DNA of 64,000 nucleotides, taken from assembly GCF_001194135.2 (NCBI RefSeq), contig NC_068981.1, forward strand, positions 158,274,269-158,338,268, in the 5' to 3' direction. Position 1 is the stretch's first letter. Each line of letters opens with the position of its first letter. Below are positions 50,203 through 62,720 of the stretch, piece by piece. Both the position numbers and the translations under genes were made by a program. The notes beneath the pieces were generated by a model. It had not been told where the DNA came from and made no database searches. It saw only the letters and a program-made list of their open reading frames with translations. The DNA comes from Octopus bimaculoides (taxonomy: Eukaryota).

Positions 50203-50238
<36 letters not shown>

Positions 50239-50736
50239 CGCTCGCGCGCGTGTTTGTGTGTTCACACTGCACTTTTTAGAAAAATTGCTGAGCAACAGAC
50301 GGTGATATTGTTGAAATCTTTCTGCCCACAAATCATTTGTTAGTTCTGCACATCTGAAGAGGAGTGGAATGAATAGTTTCTTGCTTGAAAAACAGGTAAA
50401 GGTTATTGACAGGAATGGTATATGACAATAAAATCAACGCCTCAATAATACACATTCATCTAACCCATACCAAAATGGGGGGGGGGACCCAACAAAAACT
50501 GACATAAAACATATAGATGAATATCATATCTCAGGTTATAGGACAAAAAAAAAAAAAAAATGCAAAGCTGTGATATTCTGTCTTTTCCAAATCTGCTAAA
50601 TGGAGTGGTTCTTATGATTTCATTAATATATGATTGTCACTTAAACTCTTACTTCTATTATCACCATCATAACAATAAGACAAGCATGAAATCTTGCAGA
50701 TGGAGATGAATGAGCTGATTATTGTGGTTTGATGGA

Positions 50737-50968
50737 AGGCGGCGAGCTGGCAGAAACGTTACCCCACCGGGTGAAATGCTTGGTGGTATTTCGTCTGCTG
50801 TTACATTCTGAGTTCAAATTCCACCGAGGTCGACTTTGCCTTTCATCTTTTCAGGGTCGATAAATAAAGTACCAGTTACGTACTGGGGTTGATGTAATCG
50901 ACTTAATCCCTTTGTCTGTCCTTGTTTGTCCCCTCTATGTGTAGCCCCTTGTGGGCAATAAAGAAATA
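50737..50968 (+). mobile_element. Young SINE family B copy with TSD
   Basis: CpGs retained; TATTGTGGTTTG duplicated at 50720-50731 and 50969-50980. Other copies at about 49255-49470, 54220-54420(-), 56602-56970, 59884-60085. Confidence 0.88.
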
Positions 50969-51468
50969 TATTGTGGTTTGGTGGTGCAGTGCTGGTTCAC
51001 AAGAGAGACTAAATGAGCTGAAGAAGCAGCTTAGCATTAAGAAGTTCATGTGTGCAGGAGAGATGCTGACACTAGTGTTAATATGTAATGCAAATGGATG
51101 ATGCATGCTAAGAGAAGAAATGTAAAAAAAAAAAATCAAGAAGAACCTTAGAAAAAAAAAGTAAAGATAGTTCTGTGAAAACAGCACCACACAAAAGAGA
51201 GAGAAATGCACTATGTTGCAAAGTTATTTAACACATAACAGCATGATTAAATCAGTTGTTAAAACAATGATGATGATGATGATGACGACGAAGACAACTG
51301 TTTTTAACATTCACTAGCATAATTTTTGTGTCTGTTTCTTTTTTCCATGCTGGCACTAGGAAGGGCATCCAGCCATAGAAAACCTGCCAAAGCTGACACT
51401 GGAACTTGGTGCAACCCTGCAGCTCACCTGATCCTGTCAAACCATCCAACCCATGCCACTAAATGATA

Positions 51469-51509
<41 letters not shown>

Positions 51510-53622
51510 AATGCTTAGATTAGACAAGACATTGAAAATATTAATTCCTACATCAGAAGAAGGCCACAATTTTATTGAAGAAATGATTGGAAGGGGTGTA
51601 TAATGTACATGCTTTCTGTGATGATGATGATGATGATGATTAACTATAGGTGAAGTTAATTGACTTCAATCAATTTCCTTAAGCCTACTTCTTGCTGGAC
51701 AGTCATCACTGTTAATATAATCAGCTATATCATTGTTATAATCAGTAGGTTATTATTAATTTCTCCTTACACTGGCATCAGTTGGGGAGATCCCCTGCAA
51801 GACCTTGTATATATATAGAGAGAGAGATGAGTTCATTGATTCTTGTTGTTTTGCACAGATATCCAAAACTGATGGTAAATGGCTGATTTTCCTTCAGCTT
51901 TCATTCATTTCAACCAAATTCCATACCAGCAAAGTTGTCTCTTCCGCAAGACATCAGTTACAATTTAGCCTTTAAATCTCCGTCACTTTTAGTTCACTTC
52001 ACATAAATTATCATTATATACCCAACAGACCTTTATCACTTCATGTATCTCCAGTCATTGTACATCGTTCACATTTACTGTTCATGTCTCACAACAGCTC
52101 CATAATAATCTATTCTCATACAATGAGAGAAACTGTTTGTTGTCAATAGAGGTAACAGCTTTACATCATACTAAATAAACATTTAACTATATTTAGTTTC
52201 ATTATTCTTATGTCACCATCATTATTGTTTTAACATCCACTTTTCCATGCTTGTATGGATCAGATGAAATTTACTGAAGCAGATTTTTCTACAGCTAGAT
52301 GCCTTCAGTTGCTTCCAAGTAAGGTAATATTTCTCTATTATCAGACTTGTTTCCACAGAAGACTGGAAACAAAAGACACCACTTGCATGACAGTGACACT
52401 TGCTTACAACTATCACATGATGTCAAGAGGAGACAGTAACATACACACAGAAATATAATGTGTGTATGTATGTGTATATATAAACAGGTTTCTTTCAGTT
52501 CCCATCTACCAGACCACTCACAAGGCTTTGGTCAGCCCAGGGCTGTAATAGAAGACACTTGTTCAAAGTGCTACACAGTGAGACTGAATCTGAAACCAAT
52601 ATGGTTGGGAAGCAAACACTGTAGCACACAGCCATGCCTAAGTTTAAAATTCTGCCAGATAAAACTTTGTATCCCCATTTCTGCAGAACTAATGAAATAG
52701 GCAGCTGTATTATTTTAATTCTATGGTTGATTCACTCTATGACCTGCTTCCTACAGAAATTGGTCTTTAAACCTTTATATAATTCTGTGAATTGTTCGAA
52801 GGAGGAACTGTTCTGTAAACTTACCCAACTCGTGATGAAAAGAAGTAAGAGGAAGAAAAAGGGCGATTAACACTTGAAAGTCAAACAATCATTCAAAAGC
52901 AAGTGTTCAACAATTCTCCACCAACATATGTAAAAATGGGTGTATAAATAAAATAAAACAAAAAAAAAAAACACTTTAAGCCTCAAAACGTTTAAAATTG
53001 AAGATAAAAGCAATTTGTAATAACAAGTGTAATTATAAGTTGTTATTGTCTGAGGTAAATTTTTCAAACAGGTTTTGGTGGTTCAAAGTAAAATTTACAT
53101 CTCATTTTAGGTAGTTTAGTAGAGCTGTCATTAACCCATACACCGATTTTATTTAGGGTGGGAACCAGACAAAATGATAGTTTAACATGTAACTGTACCT
53201 ACTGATAAAATGCATATATGTAAGTAAAACAATACACCAGTCAAAAAATGCACTCATGTACATCAAACAGAGGTAATTATGGATAACTATACACACATAT
53301 ACACACACACACTCCTACAAGTGGTCGCTTAGGAAATGTTAGTCCGTTTAGATTGATCTCCCTTGCATTCTCTTCGGCCTTTTCTGGCTTTGTGCTCTAT
53401 GTAAGAAATCATTTCTATTCAGTTATATTCTTTTACATTCTGAGTTTAAATCCACCCAAGATCGACTTTACCTTTTCTCCTACCAGTGTCAGTAAGGACC
53501 AACCAAGTGCTGGTGTTGTTTAATATTTAATACACAATATTCTCTAACCCAAAATGTGTGGCCTTGTACCTAACCATATTAGAAATACTATTATAAAATA
53601 TCATCATCATTATCATAGTTAC

Positions 53623-53747
53623 CATTTCAATAACTTTATCATCATTTTCAGAAATATTTTCCATATTCAAGTTGGGAAGGTTCTCTTGGGACAATCTGGC
53701 GTTAGCTTTTGCAATTTCAGGAATAAATTTCTGTACAGATTCTAAAA
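53623..53747 (-). CDS. NOPCHAP1: NOP protein chaperone 1 (C12orf45/DUF4598) homolog, penultimate coding exon
   Basis: Minus strand ttctaattgcag|TT TTA GAA...GAA ATG|gtaact; encodes xLESVQKFIPEIAKANARLSQENLPNLNMENISENDDKVIEM, matching the recalled human C12orf45 core LLDQVQTFLPQMARANEKL...FNIENIDGPHSKVIQM. Phase 1 start, phase 0 end. Confidence 0.85.
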
Positions 53748-54854
53748 CTGCAATTAGAAGAAAGAATACAAATAGGTACAAATATGAATACATGCTAATT
53801 TATTTAATTAATAGTGGGGTGGTATATTATTATTATTTTTTTTTTCTGTGCTGAAGTAAAGGTTTATTAATTATTTTTTGTTTGAAAATTTTAAAAGAAG
53901 TTATATTGGATTAATAGTGTTATTAATACAATGTGATGATAGGTGAAGTGGAGGTAGATAAGTTACGATGCAATGAGCCATTATCCCCAACATGTATGCA
54001 AGCAATGTGCTTGAAGGTTGACAGTTGGACAATGAATGGCCAAGTAATGCAAATAAAAGAAGTTCACAGTAGAGAAAGATAGAAATACCAAAAGCTGGTT
54101 TCAGGATGTTGGGCCTCATGAAGGAAATGATAACAGACTGCAAAGATGGTAAGTTGCTGTACTGGGGAAGACCCATCATATCTGTGCTAACATTGAAAAA
54201 TAAATGTGAAATAATCCTTTCTATGATAGGCTCAAAGCCTGAAATTTTGGGAAAGGGGTGGGACTAATCAATTATATTAGCCACAGTACTTAATTGGTAC
54301 TTATTTTATCAACTCCAAAAGGATGAAAGGCAAAGTTGACCCCAATAGAATTTGAACTTAGGGTAAAGACGCTAAGCATTTCCCCCTGGTGCACTAACGA
54401 TTCTGTCAGCTTACTGCCTTATGATGAGGATACACACTGCCATGGTAGGTGGTAGTTTGAGTAGATGCAGCTAAGACATAAATGTATGTGATGACATTTG
54501 GTTCCAATCATCATGTTTCTAAATTTGATTTCTAACAGGATTGCTTTTGTTTTTCATGCTATGAGACAACTGGAAATACATTAGAATAATAAACTAAGTA
54601 ATATCAATCAAGTATTTCCTTTCTCATTATAAAGAGGAGCTCAGGCACTTCAGAAAGATATCATGATATAACTACCCAATTTTCAGGTATAGGTGCAGGA
54701 ATGGTTAAGAAGTTTGCTCCCCAACCACATGGTTTTGAGTTCAGTTCTACTGCATGGCACTTAAGCAAGTATCTGTGACTATAGTCCTGGCTGACGAAAG
54801 CTGTTTGAGTGAATTTGGCAGATGGAAACTGAAAGATGCCCATTGTGTATGTAT

Positions 54855-55375
54855 ACCTTTTTGCACCACTCTAGTCTCTTGGCCTTCATTAGTTCTGCCA
54901 GCACGTGTCTCAGTGTAGGACTTGAGGCTCAAGATATCATTCACAATTGTTTTGAGGTCTTGGGGTCCACCTCAAGTTCAGAAGCCAGCTTCCTCATGGA
55001 TGTGGTTGGGGTCCATTGAAATTTTGGACTTGAGAGTTTTCATGAAATCTTGATTCCGCTTCTTGCTGGATCCATGGGAAACAACATTCAGAGGAAGTCT
55101 GAATGTTGTTTCCCATGTCCATTCTCTTCTTGACATTATAAACTGTGCTTGCGATCTGCTTCAGATCAACTTGTGCACGAACCAAATCACATACTCTTTG
55201 GCGTTTGTCTTCCTGTGCAGTCATATTCTCCAATATTTTTGCAAAAAAAGTGTTTATTACTAGCTGATAATGTATTCTTTGTTCAGCATTAGGTTTCATA
55301 TCATTTGGTGTAGTGGTTACTGTGAAATATTCGTGCAACTTTTAATGCAAGTTTTTGCTTCCCCATTCTGTTTGT
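54855..55375 (-). mobile_element. IS630-Tc1-mariner (maT/DD37D-like) element, 5' end and N-terminal HTH remnant
   Basis: MTAQEDKRQRVCDLVRAQVDLKQIASTVYNVKKR, then (frameshifted) PTTSMRKLASELEVDPKT...LSLKSY; putative TIR remnant ACAGAATGGGGAAGCAAAA near 55373. Confidence 0.7.
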
Positions 55376-55470
55376 TTGTCTGTATGTATGTATGTATGTA
55401 TGTATGTATGTATGTATGTATGTATGTATGTATGTANNNNNNNNNNTGTATGCATGTATGTATATATGTA

Positions 55471-55519
<49 letters not shown>

Positions 55520-55529
55520 TCAGTAAATC

Positions 55530-57965
55530 ATAAATCAAAAAAAAGAAGCATACTCTAAGTTACAGAGCAGTAGAATATTTGTTGTAAGTGATGAATACAA
55601 GTTTTAAAAGTCTTAGGAAAACATTGCATAAAACAAAAAATGAGGAACTTAATCCTGTATTGATGGTGTGGATTTATTAATATATGCCACTTAATGAACT
55701 GATTATCATGAAACAAAAATCTATCATAACCAACTATCATGAAAGGGATTGTGAAAATTAACAAGTGTAGTAACAAAAACTTAAGGAAATACAAAGTATT
55801 AAATATCTAAAGATTTGTAGTAAAAAGGCAATTGTGAAATTTGTGAATGAGTTTGCAAAGATCATTGTATAAAGCTGAATACCACTGAGCATTATTGCCC
55901 CAAGAAAACATCCTCTACAGCAGTTGAGTTACAGATACCACAGAAAGATTACTTGTGCTGGGATGTGTTAATGCAGCAGGCACCTTTAAGTGTAAAGTTG
56001 CTGTGGTCTTCAAAAGCCTACATCCTCACTGTTTTAAAAGTGTTAATATGTTATCAATACAATATTATACTAACAAAAGCACATGGATCACAAAAGACAT
56101 TTTTTTCTGCTTGATTTAACAAACACCTCATGCTCGTAACAGAGAATAAGGTGAGGATGCCAAGTGCAATATTTCATTATTCCTAGAACATTATTCTGTC
56201 TCTTTCTTGTCAAGCATCTGGCAAAAATAATGTTTATGCACTGCACTTAATCACAAAGTGATGTCATTTATTTAAGCAATAAACAAAGGATCCTTAGATC
56301 ACTGAAAACTAAATATAAAGACACGTTCTTGAACAGTATATTGGAGCAGTGAATAGAGGTGTGGATGTGATAAATATCCAAAAAGAAATTACTGAGAATG
56401 ATGCTATATGTGCAATGGCAAATGCACGGGATTGAATAACTGAAGACATTCTTAAGCAAGTCTGATATACTCTCTAGTCTACCACTAATCACAGTGACAA
56501 TGTTAGATCTCCTTACTTCTGCAGAAAGTATACTGTCAGAATCCATCAACAAGCAGAAGGAAGTGGATATTGAACCAGTTTTTAATATAAATAATGATAC
56601 TAAAGAGGCGAGCTGGCAGAATCATTACCGTGCCAGACAAAATGCTTAGCATTTCTTCTGAATTTATGTTCTAAGTTCAACTGTTGCCAGGGTCAACTTT
56701 GCCTTTCGTCCTTTCAGAGTCAATAAAATAAGAAGCAGTTGAGAACTGGGGTTGATGTAATTGACTTAACCCACCCCACTTGAAACTGCTGGCCCTGTGT
56801 CAAAGTTTGAAACCAATATAATTAATGAAACTATGGCACCAAGCTGGTAGAATCATTAGCATACCAGGGAAAATGCTTAGCAACATTCTATTTGTTTTTA
56901 TGTTCTGTGTTTGAATTCCACTGATGTTGAAGTAACAGATTTACTCCCACCCCAAAATTTGAAACTAATATTAAAAATGACACTCCAGTTGTTCAAACTG
57001 TGACCAATGATGAAAGAAGTTTGTAAGCAATAATCTTCTTCATCAATGAATATGACACGAAGAAAACAATGGAAAAGTTGCTCGTAGATAACATGGTGAA
57101 AATATGTAATGAACTTATTGAAGTACTAGAGCAGCAAGAATTTGTTACAGAAAAAAATCACGACAGTGAATAAGATAAAAGAGAAACTGCTATGAAAGAA
57201 ATCTTTGTTAGAGATGTAGATGTCAGCCGAAGGTTCATCATAAAAAGCCATCAAACACAGTGCTACCGCATACTTAGAGTATCTGTTTCCAGTTTTCTCA
57301 ACCACCTCTGATTTTCATTCTTGGTACATAGAAAATATTATTTTTACACGAAATCAGAATTCTAGCTTGACTTAAATGCAATCCATGTGTGTAACAAGAC
57401 TACTGGTAGTGCAATCATTGCACAACAAAAGAAAAAACTTTTTACCAGTTTTCACTGCATTTTCATGTAAACAAGTTCCATACTTGTACATAACATAACC
57501 TGTCATTCAAAATACATCGTAGGAGGAGACAAAAGGCTCATTGAGCTTTCTCACAATGATGCCATCCCCTCTGACTTAAGGTTACTATGCATGATTTGGC
57601 TATAAAGTTTGGTGCTGCATTTATCTTTAATTTATAAGCAGTAATCATAATCTTTTTCTGGTACAGAGGGAGTAAATACTATACAAAGCGTTGCTTTTAT
57701 GAAACCTGTATTTCAAATCTACATATAAATCCATGTGAACCAAACATGACCAGCGTCGTTACCTGCAAAATGTCTATCTAATATCATTAGAAATTTTATT
57801 AATTTCCTAAAAAGTATATAAAAACTTTCACGGTATATGGGCTGGAGTCCCGTCACCAAGCTGTTCCGTTTTAAATATTTAAAAACAAACCACTTCGAAA
57901 TCTGATAATATCTGAAATCCTGAAAACCAAGTTCCAAGCATTTCGGATGCAGGATTCTCAACTTA
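55530..57965 (+). mobile_element. Decayed pogo/Tigger element, Tigger4(Zombi)/Jerky-like, with SINE B copies inserted at 56602-56970
   Basis: CENP-B HTH remnant (RKTLHKTKNEELNPVLMVWI; IKYLKIC), DDE_1 (LLVLGCVNAAGTFKCKVAVVFKS.HPHCFKSV...YYTNKSTWITKDIF), C-terminal KEVDIEPVFNINND/TPVVQTVTNDE and VDNMVKICNELIEVLEQQEFV. Right TIR CCAAGCATTTCGGATGCAGGATTCTCAACTTA followed by TA. The left TIR is not visible (microsatellite/gap). Confidence 0.8.
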
Positions 57966-58148
57966 TATCTATGCGATTTCTTTTATGTGATTTTATAGCA
58001 GACTGGAAATGTAAGGGAGGTAAATCTAGTCGCACTATTTTTTTTAATGGCTGAAGAAAATGCAAGGGAAATAAATCTATCCAAACTTATTTTACAGTCC
58101 ATTTCGAGCATATTTACAGAATTGTCCTGTAAATATACTAGAAAGCTA

Positions 58149-58549
58149 CAGGGTGTTCAAACTAAATTTTACGATTTTTTATATCTCCCTTTTCAGGAAC
58201 AGCTTGATGTATTCGTTAACAGCGTTGGAGGGCATAAAGATTAAAATTATAGTTGAGAAAAAGTTAGCTGACATGGAGGACTGGAAGCCATCTGAAAACT
58301 GGAAAAAGAGTTACCTGTATCATGATGATTATACCGGGAATCAAAATGCCGACATCATAACTTCTGTTCAATGCTATGCGAACACTGTAAAGGCTGGAAA
58401 GTGTGATATGGACTGCTCCAACAGAGGCTACGAAGACGTGGCCAGCAGAAAGAGACACAACAGGCGTTTTGACTGTTTCCACATGCCAGAATTCATCCAA
58501 TAACTGCAGGGCAATGTGATGGAAGATCCAAGCAAGGGAATCCAGGCTT

Positions 58550-58587
<38 letters not shown>

Positions 58588-59073
58588 TGGGTGTAGGAGT
58601 CGCTACCATGACGCTGGCCTTGGATGTGGGCCTTCGCTACCACTCGTACAAGAGGGCCATATGTGTAGCAGCAGGATTTCACAGAAGTGGGTGTCGGAGA
58701 ATTTTTATGACTTTACCAGCCCTCAGTTCTGGCCTCCTAATTTCCTCGATTGTATCCCATGGATTACTGTGTAAGGGAGCACAGTTGTGAAAGACACCAA
58801 TCGTTCCACCTGCAACACCAAGGCTGATCTGGTGGCCAAGATCAGGGAGGTGTTTGAAGATCTTCCCAGGGACACAAGGAGGAACGCACACACCAGGTTC
58901 CAGAGCTGTCTGACTACTGTGGTAGAAGCGGAGTAAGGCCACTTTGAGCAAACTGTGATTTTCTACCATAATTTGGTTGATATTTTTCAGTTTCGTAAAA
59001 TACTTTTATTTTTAGATGAGATATTGTTTTCTTTTCCTTTATGTAAACTGTCAAATTTAGCCCGAACACCTTG
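58149..59073 (+). mobile_element. Internally deleted maT/DD37D-like mariner with both TIRs
   Basis: TA|CAGGGTGTTCAAACTAAATTTTAC ... GTCAAATTTAGCCCGAACACCTTG|CA. ORF remnants MEDWKPSENWK..., MEDPSKGIQAL..MGVGVATMTLAL..LRYHSYKR, RPYV*QQD, QKWVSENFYDFTSPQFWPPN..D, TKADLVAKIREVFEDLPRD...RFQSCL..VVEAE. Confidence 0.85.
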
Positions 59074-60106
59074 CATAGTCATCACAGAAAGCTTTAATAA
59101 AAATACTACTGTCAGTGGAAGTTAAACGAAGCCCCGAGGTTGAATTGATAAAGTTTTGTAAGAAGTGTATGGCTCACAGATCCAGAGGCCAAGCCTCAAG
59201 GAAAAGTACATGCGCCAACAGAAAAATTGATTATATGAAGCCCCCAGTGAGAAATGAACTCATAACTGAAAAATACCTGTCAATTTTATTGTGGTTAGTT
59301 CATTGAACTTTTGGCCATTAAGTGCTTTGACTACAGAAATAATGCAGTTCCAGTAACATTGGGGCTTCAGTACCTTGTATTTGTTCAGTTTTGTTTTATC
59401 ATTTTTTTTTTTTTTTACATAATCAGATGTACGCATTCATATGTAAATATCTATGAATATCAGTTACTACGCATTACGAAATGAAGAAAAAAAAATACAA
59501 GGGAGACAAATCTAGGAGGATTAATTTTTTTTTTCCACCTTTAAATGTAAATACAGGTCCGCATGAACACTTTCCAGGCATGGAAACAAAACTCCCCAAA
59601 ATTTTCAGCCCAAGGTGGTGAACTATTTTTGTATTTTTTTTCTTCTTCTCGCTATTATGTATATATTTAAGCATAAATAAAACTGCCCTGAGTATTGTTG
59701 AAATATATAAATATATATAAAAAAAACTACAACTACAAAGAACAGAATATAGCAGACTTATATGATCATTATAGGCTATACAGAAAGCACACTGTTGAGT
59801 ATCTTCACAACAAAACAAAACTGAACAATATGAAGGCCATATGGAGACAGTTTGCTGCTGTTCCAAACTCTGTCAACTACTAACGGCGGTGACTTGGCAG
59901 AATCGTTAGCACGCCGGGCAAAACTTTAAGCGGCATTTTGTCCATCTCCACGCTCTGAATTCAAATTCCGCCGAGGTTGACTTAGCCTTTCATCCTTTCA
60001 GGCCGATGAAATAAGTACGGGGTCGATGTAATCGACTGTCCCTCTCCCCCCAAATGGCCTTGTGCTTATAATAGAAAGGATTATGTAGAAATCATCCCCA
60101 AACAAT

Positions 60107-60908
60107 AGGGCTTTCCTATAAGTAGGTTATCTCCCTTGGCTAGGCGGCGCTCCATGTAGATAATTAAACTTCCGGAGGCTACCCACGCCATTGTTATTGT
60201 TTTACGTCTTATCATGGATATAAAGCAGCTTGATGATTCAGCTATCGAAGTACTTACTGTGCCTGAGTTAAAGAAATATTTAAGATTATATGGACAGTAT
60301 GTTACTGGAAGAAAGGCGGACTTGACTGAAAGGTTGAAAGGAATAAAAATTCTGTCGATGAAGAATGTCAACAAAGTAAATTCATCGGACGATANNNNNN
60401 NNNNNNNNNNNNNNNNNNNNNNNNNNNNNNNNNNNNNNNNNNNNNNNNNNNNNNNNNNNNNNNNNNNNNNNNNNNNNNNNNNNNNNNNNNNNNNNNNNNN
60501 NNNNNNNNNNNNNNNNNNNNNNNNNNNNNNNNNNNNNNNNNNNNNNNNNNNNNNNNNNNNNNNNNNNNNNNNNNNNNNNNNNNNNNNNNNNNNNNNNNNN
60601 NNNNNNNNNNNNNNNNNNNNNNNNNNNNNNNNNNNNNNTTTTACCACGACAGACACGTACACAGCATCGAATACAACGATGTGAGTGAAAGCTGCTCTCA
60701 CTGTATTGTCCGGTGTCTGGTAATCCCTTCGATACCGACATCAAACCAAAAAAAGAATAGTGACCACAGAGTGTGGGTAATTATGTCAAATGTCACTGGC
60801 AATGTGCATTCAGCTGATTGCAACTGTTAAAGCAAGTCACTGAGCATGCGTACATGTCATACGGGAGAGTTCCAATCAGGGGTGGATAACACCTTATAGG
60901 AAAGCCCT
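60107..60908 (+). mobile_element. Non-autonomous ISL2EU-like (PIF/Harbinger-related) DNA transposon with AT TSD, carrying a truncated SAP-SWIM ORF
   Basis: AT|AGGGCTTTCCTATAAGTAGGTTATC ... GATAACACCTTATAGGAAAGCCCT|AT; 16-bp perfect terminal match continuing imperfectly. Confidence 0.75.
60214..60830 (+). pseudogene. Truncated SAP-domain / SWIM-finger protein (N-terminus of a transposon accessory, probably YqaJ-exonuclease-type, protein)
   Basis: SAP motif LTVPELKKYLRLYGQYVTGRKADLTERL; after the gap YHDRHVHSIEY...CIVRCLVIPS...DHRVWVIMSNVTGNVHSADCNC*, stopping at the first CxC of the SWIM finger. Frame continuity across the Ns is unverifiable. Confidence 0.7.
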
Positions 60909-61999
60909 ATAATCAATGAAGAAACCTTTACGAGGTTGTTCGGATTGCTAGAAATAGCAGTCAAATCTCTTTCCAATTACAACCTCCCATCTTTAAAAAA
61001 GGACACACTGGATAAAGTAGTCTGGGGTATATTGTGTTTGAATAAAAGATGGAATGGTCATAGCTGGAGTGGCTTTGATTATAGGCCTGCTCAATAAAAG
61101 CTGATTCTAGGAAATGAAGAACATTAATGCCAAACCACATCCTAAAAACATTATTTTAGCCATCACTCAGTCCAAGACAGAAAACAAAGTTACACACAAA
61201 AATAGCAGCAGCCTCAATAAAGTCAGAAACTCCAAGTGTCTTTGCTAGGTTATAAACCACCAGAGACAACAGCAAATGTCAGGCTTCAAGTAAATACAAC
61301 TTGCCCACCTTCACTGTGGCGACCTGCCAATTCTACAGGTGTACAGGAAGACTGAATAGAAGAAGACACAAAAAAAGTCATATAACCAAACTGCAATGTT
61401 GTACCCATACAATTAAACCATTGTATGTTGGAATGTGATTTTCCCCCTTTTTCCTTTTTTCAAATTGTTTTAGACATCACAGCTAAGGGCATGCTGGAGC
61501 ACAACTTTAGTGTGTTCTCTCAGCAAAATGAAAGTATATCTGAAACAGGATTTGTGAAGCAATACCTAGTTGTTTGAGTGATTACCTATTTGTTGTAAGC
61601 TTGCTCAATAAGGTTTGAAGGTGAGATACTATTAGAATGACGACAGAGATATAGGATTAAAGATGTCTAAGTGTAGTTTAGAGAGAGAGTCCAGTATATG
61701 ACTGGTACTCTGACTATTTCTCTTGAAATTGGTCACACTGAGTTGTGAGAAAGGGTGAATGGAAGAGTTAGCAACCTCTTCCCATAGAAAATTAATATGT
61801 TACTGGAACCATCCAAAGATAGAGTGATGTACAGAACAGCACAGCATCATTATTGTACATAGATGCTAACATACAGATACATACACACAAACACATAGCT
61901 GTGTGGTTAAGAAGCTTGCTTCCTAATCATGTGGTCATGGGTTCAATCCCACTGTGCAGCACCTTGGGCAAATGTCTTTTACCTATTGCTCCAAGCCAT

Positions 62000-62720
62000 C
62001 AAGGCTCATTCCTTGGTCCGCTTCTATTTATCACAATCTTACAGGCCATCCACACAGGAGTTTGACTGGTTGTCCATGGGAAACTTCAGTAGGCTAGTTC
62101 TCATAAGTAAATCTATAGTAGAACTAGGGAAGAAATTCCAGGCATGGAAACAAAACTTAGAATAAATAACCTTAATGAAAACTTAGTAGCAACTAAGGTG
62201 TTTGTATCAGTAGGATAGAAGACAGGTTGTCAATGGTCTTGCTTGATATTCAGAAAAGGAGTTGATAGGAATTCTATATGCTGTACCCAATATAAGCTAT
62301 GGAGACAAGAGGTGTACTGGAACCATAAATAGGCTAATAGAGAAGACAAGCTCTTGCATGTAGCAGATGCACTGAAGCATACAAACTAAGAGTACATCAG
62401 AAGCAAGTCCTCTTAACTGTTGACTGACTAACTAGAAGTAGTTGTTAGCTTCAGTTATCTAGGTGACAAAATAAGTAGGGAAGGTGGTGGTTCAGCAGAA
62501 AGAAGAGTGACAGGTTGGGAAAAATTCAGGAAGTTATTACTTCTGATCGTAACAAAAGTTCATCCCTGTCATGGGGAAGGATGGATTGTATGATGCTTAT
62601 GTAAGAACTGTGATGCATGGTAGTGAGACATGGGCCTTGAAGGTAGAAGACTAACAAGGACTAGAAAGAAATGGGACAAGCATGCTCTGATGGATGTATA
62701 TAATAATAGTGCGCATGAAC
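62000..62720 (+). mobile_element. Decayed RTE LINE RT/C-terminal remnant
   Basis: HQGSFLGPLLFITILQAI...; later LEVVVSFSYLGDK..GW.KFRKLLLL...RLYDAYVRTVMHGSETWAL, homologous to 34300-35050. Confidence 0.8.

Noticed and set aside
53901-54179. 92-aa minus ORF as the missing NOPCHAP1 upstream exon
   Set aside because: No similarity to the NOPCHAP1 N-terminus and no phase-1 donor found.
58047-58503. ORFs MAEENAREINL... and ...MEDWKPSENW... as a host gene
   Set aside because: The second is the mariner transposase N-terminus inside TIRs. The first runs into the element and has no recognisable homology or splice support.
59371-59837. ~25-bp inverted repeat pair (TTGTTCAGTTTTGTTTT / AAAACAAAACTGAACAA)
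   Set aside because: Low-complexity, does not extend, and no TSD is evident; insufficient to call a MITE.
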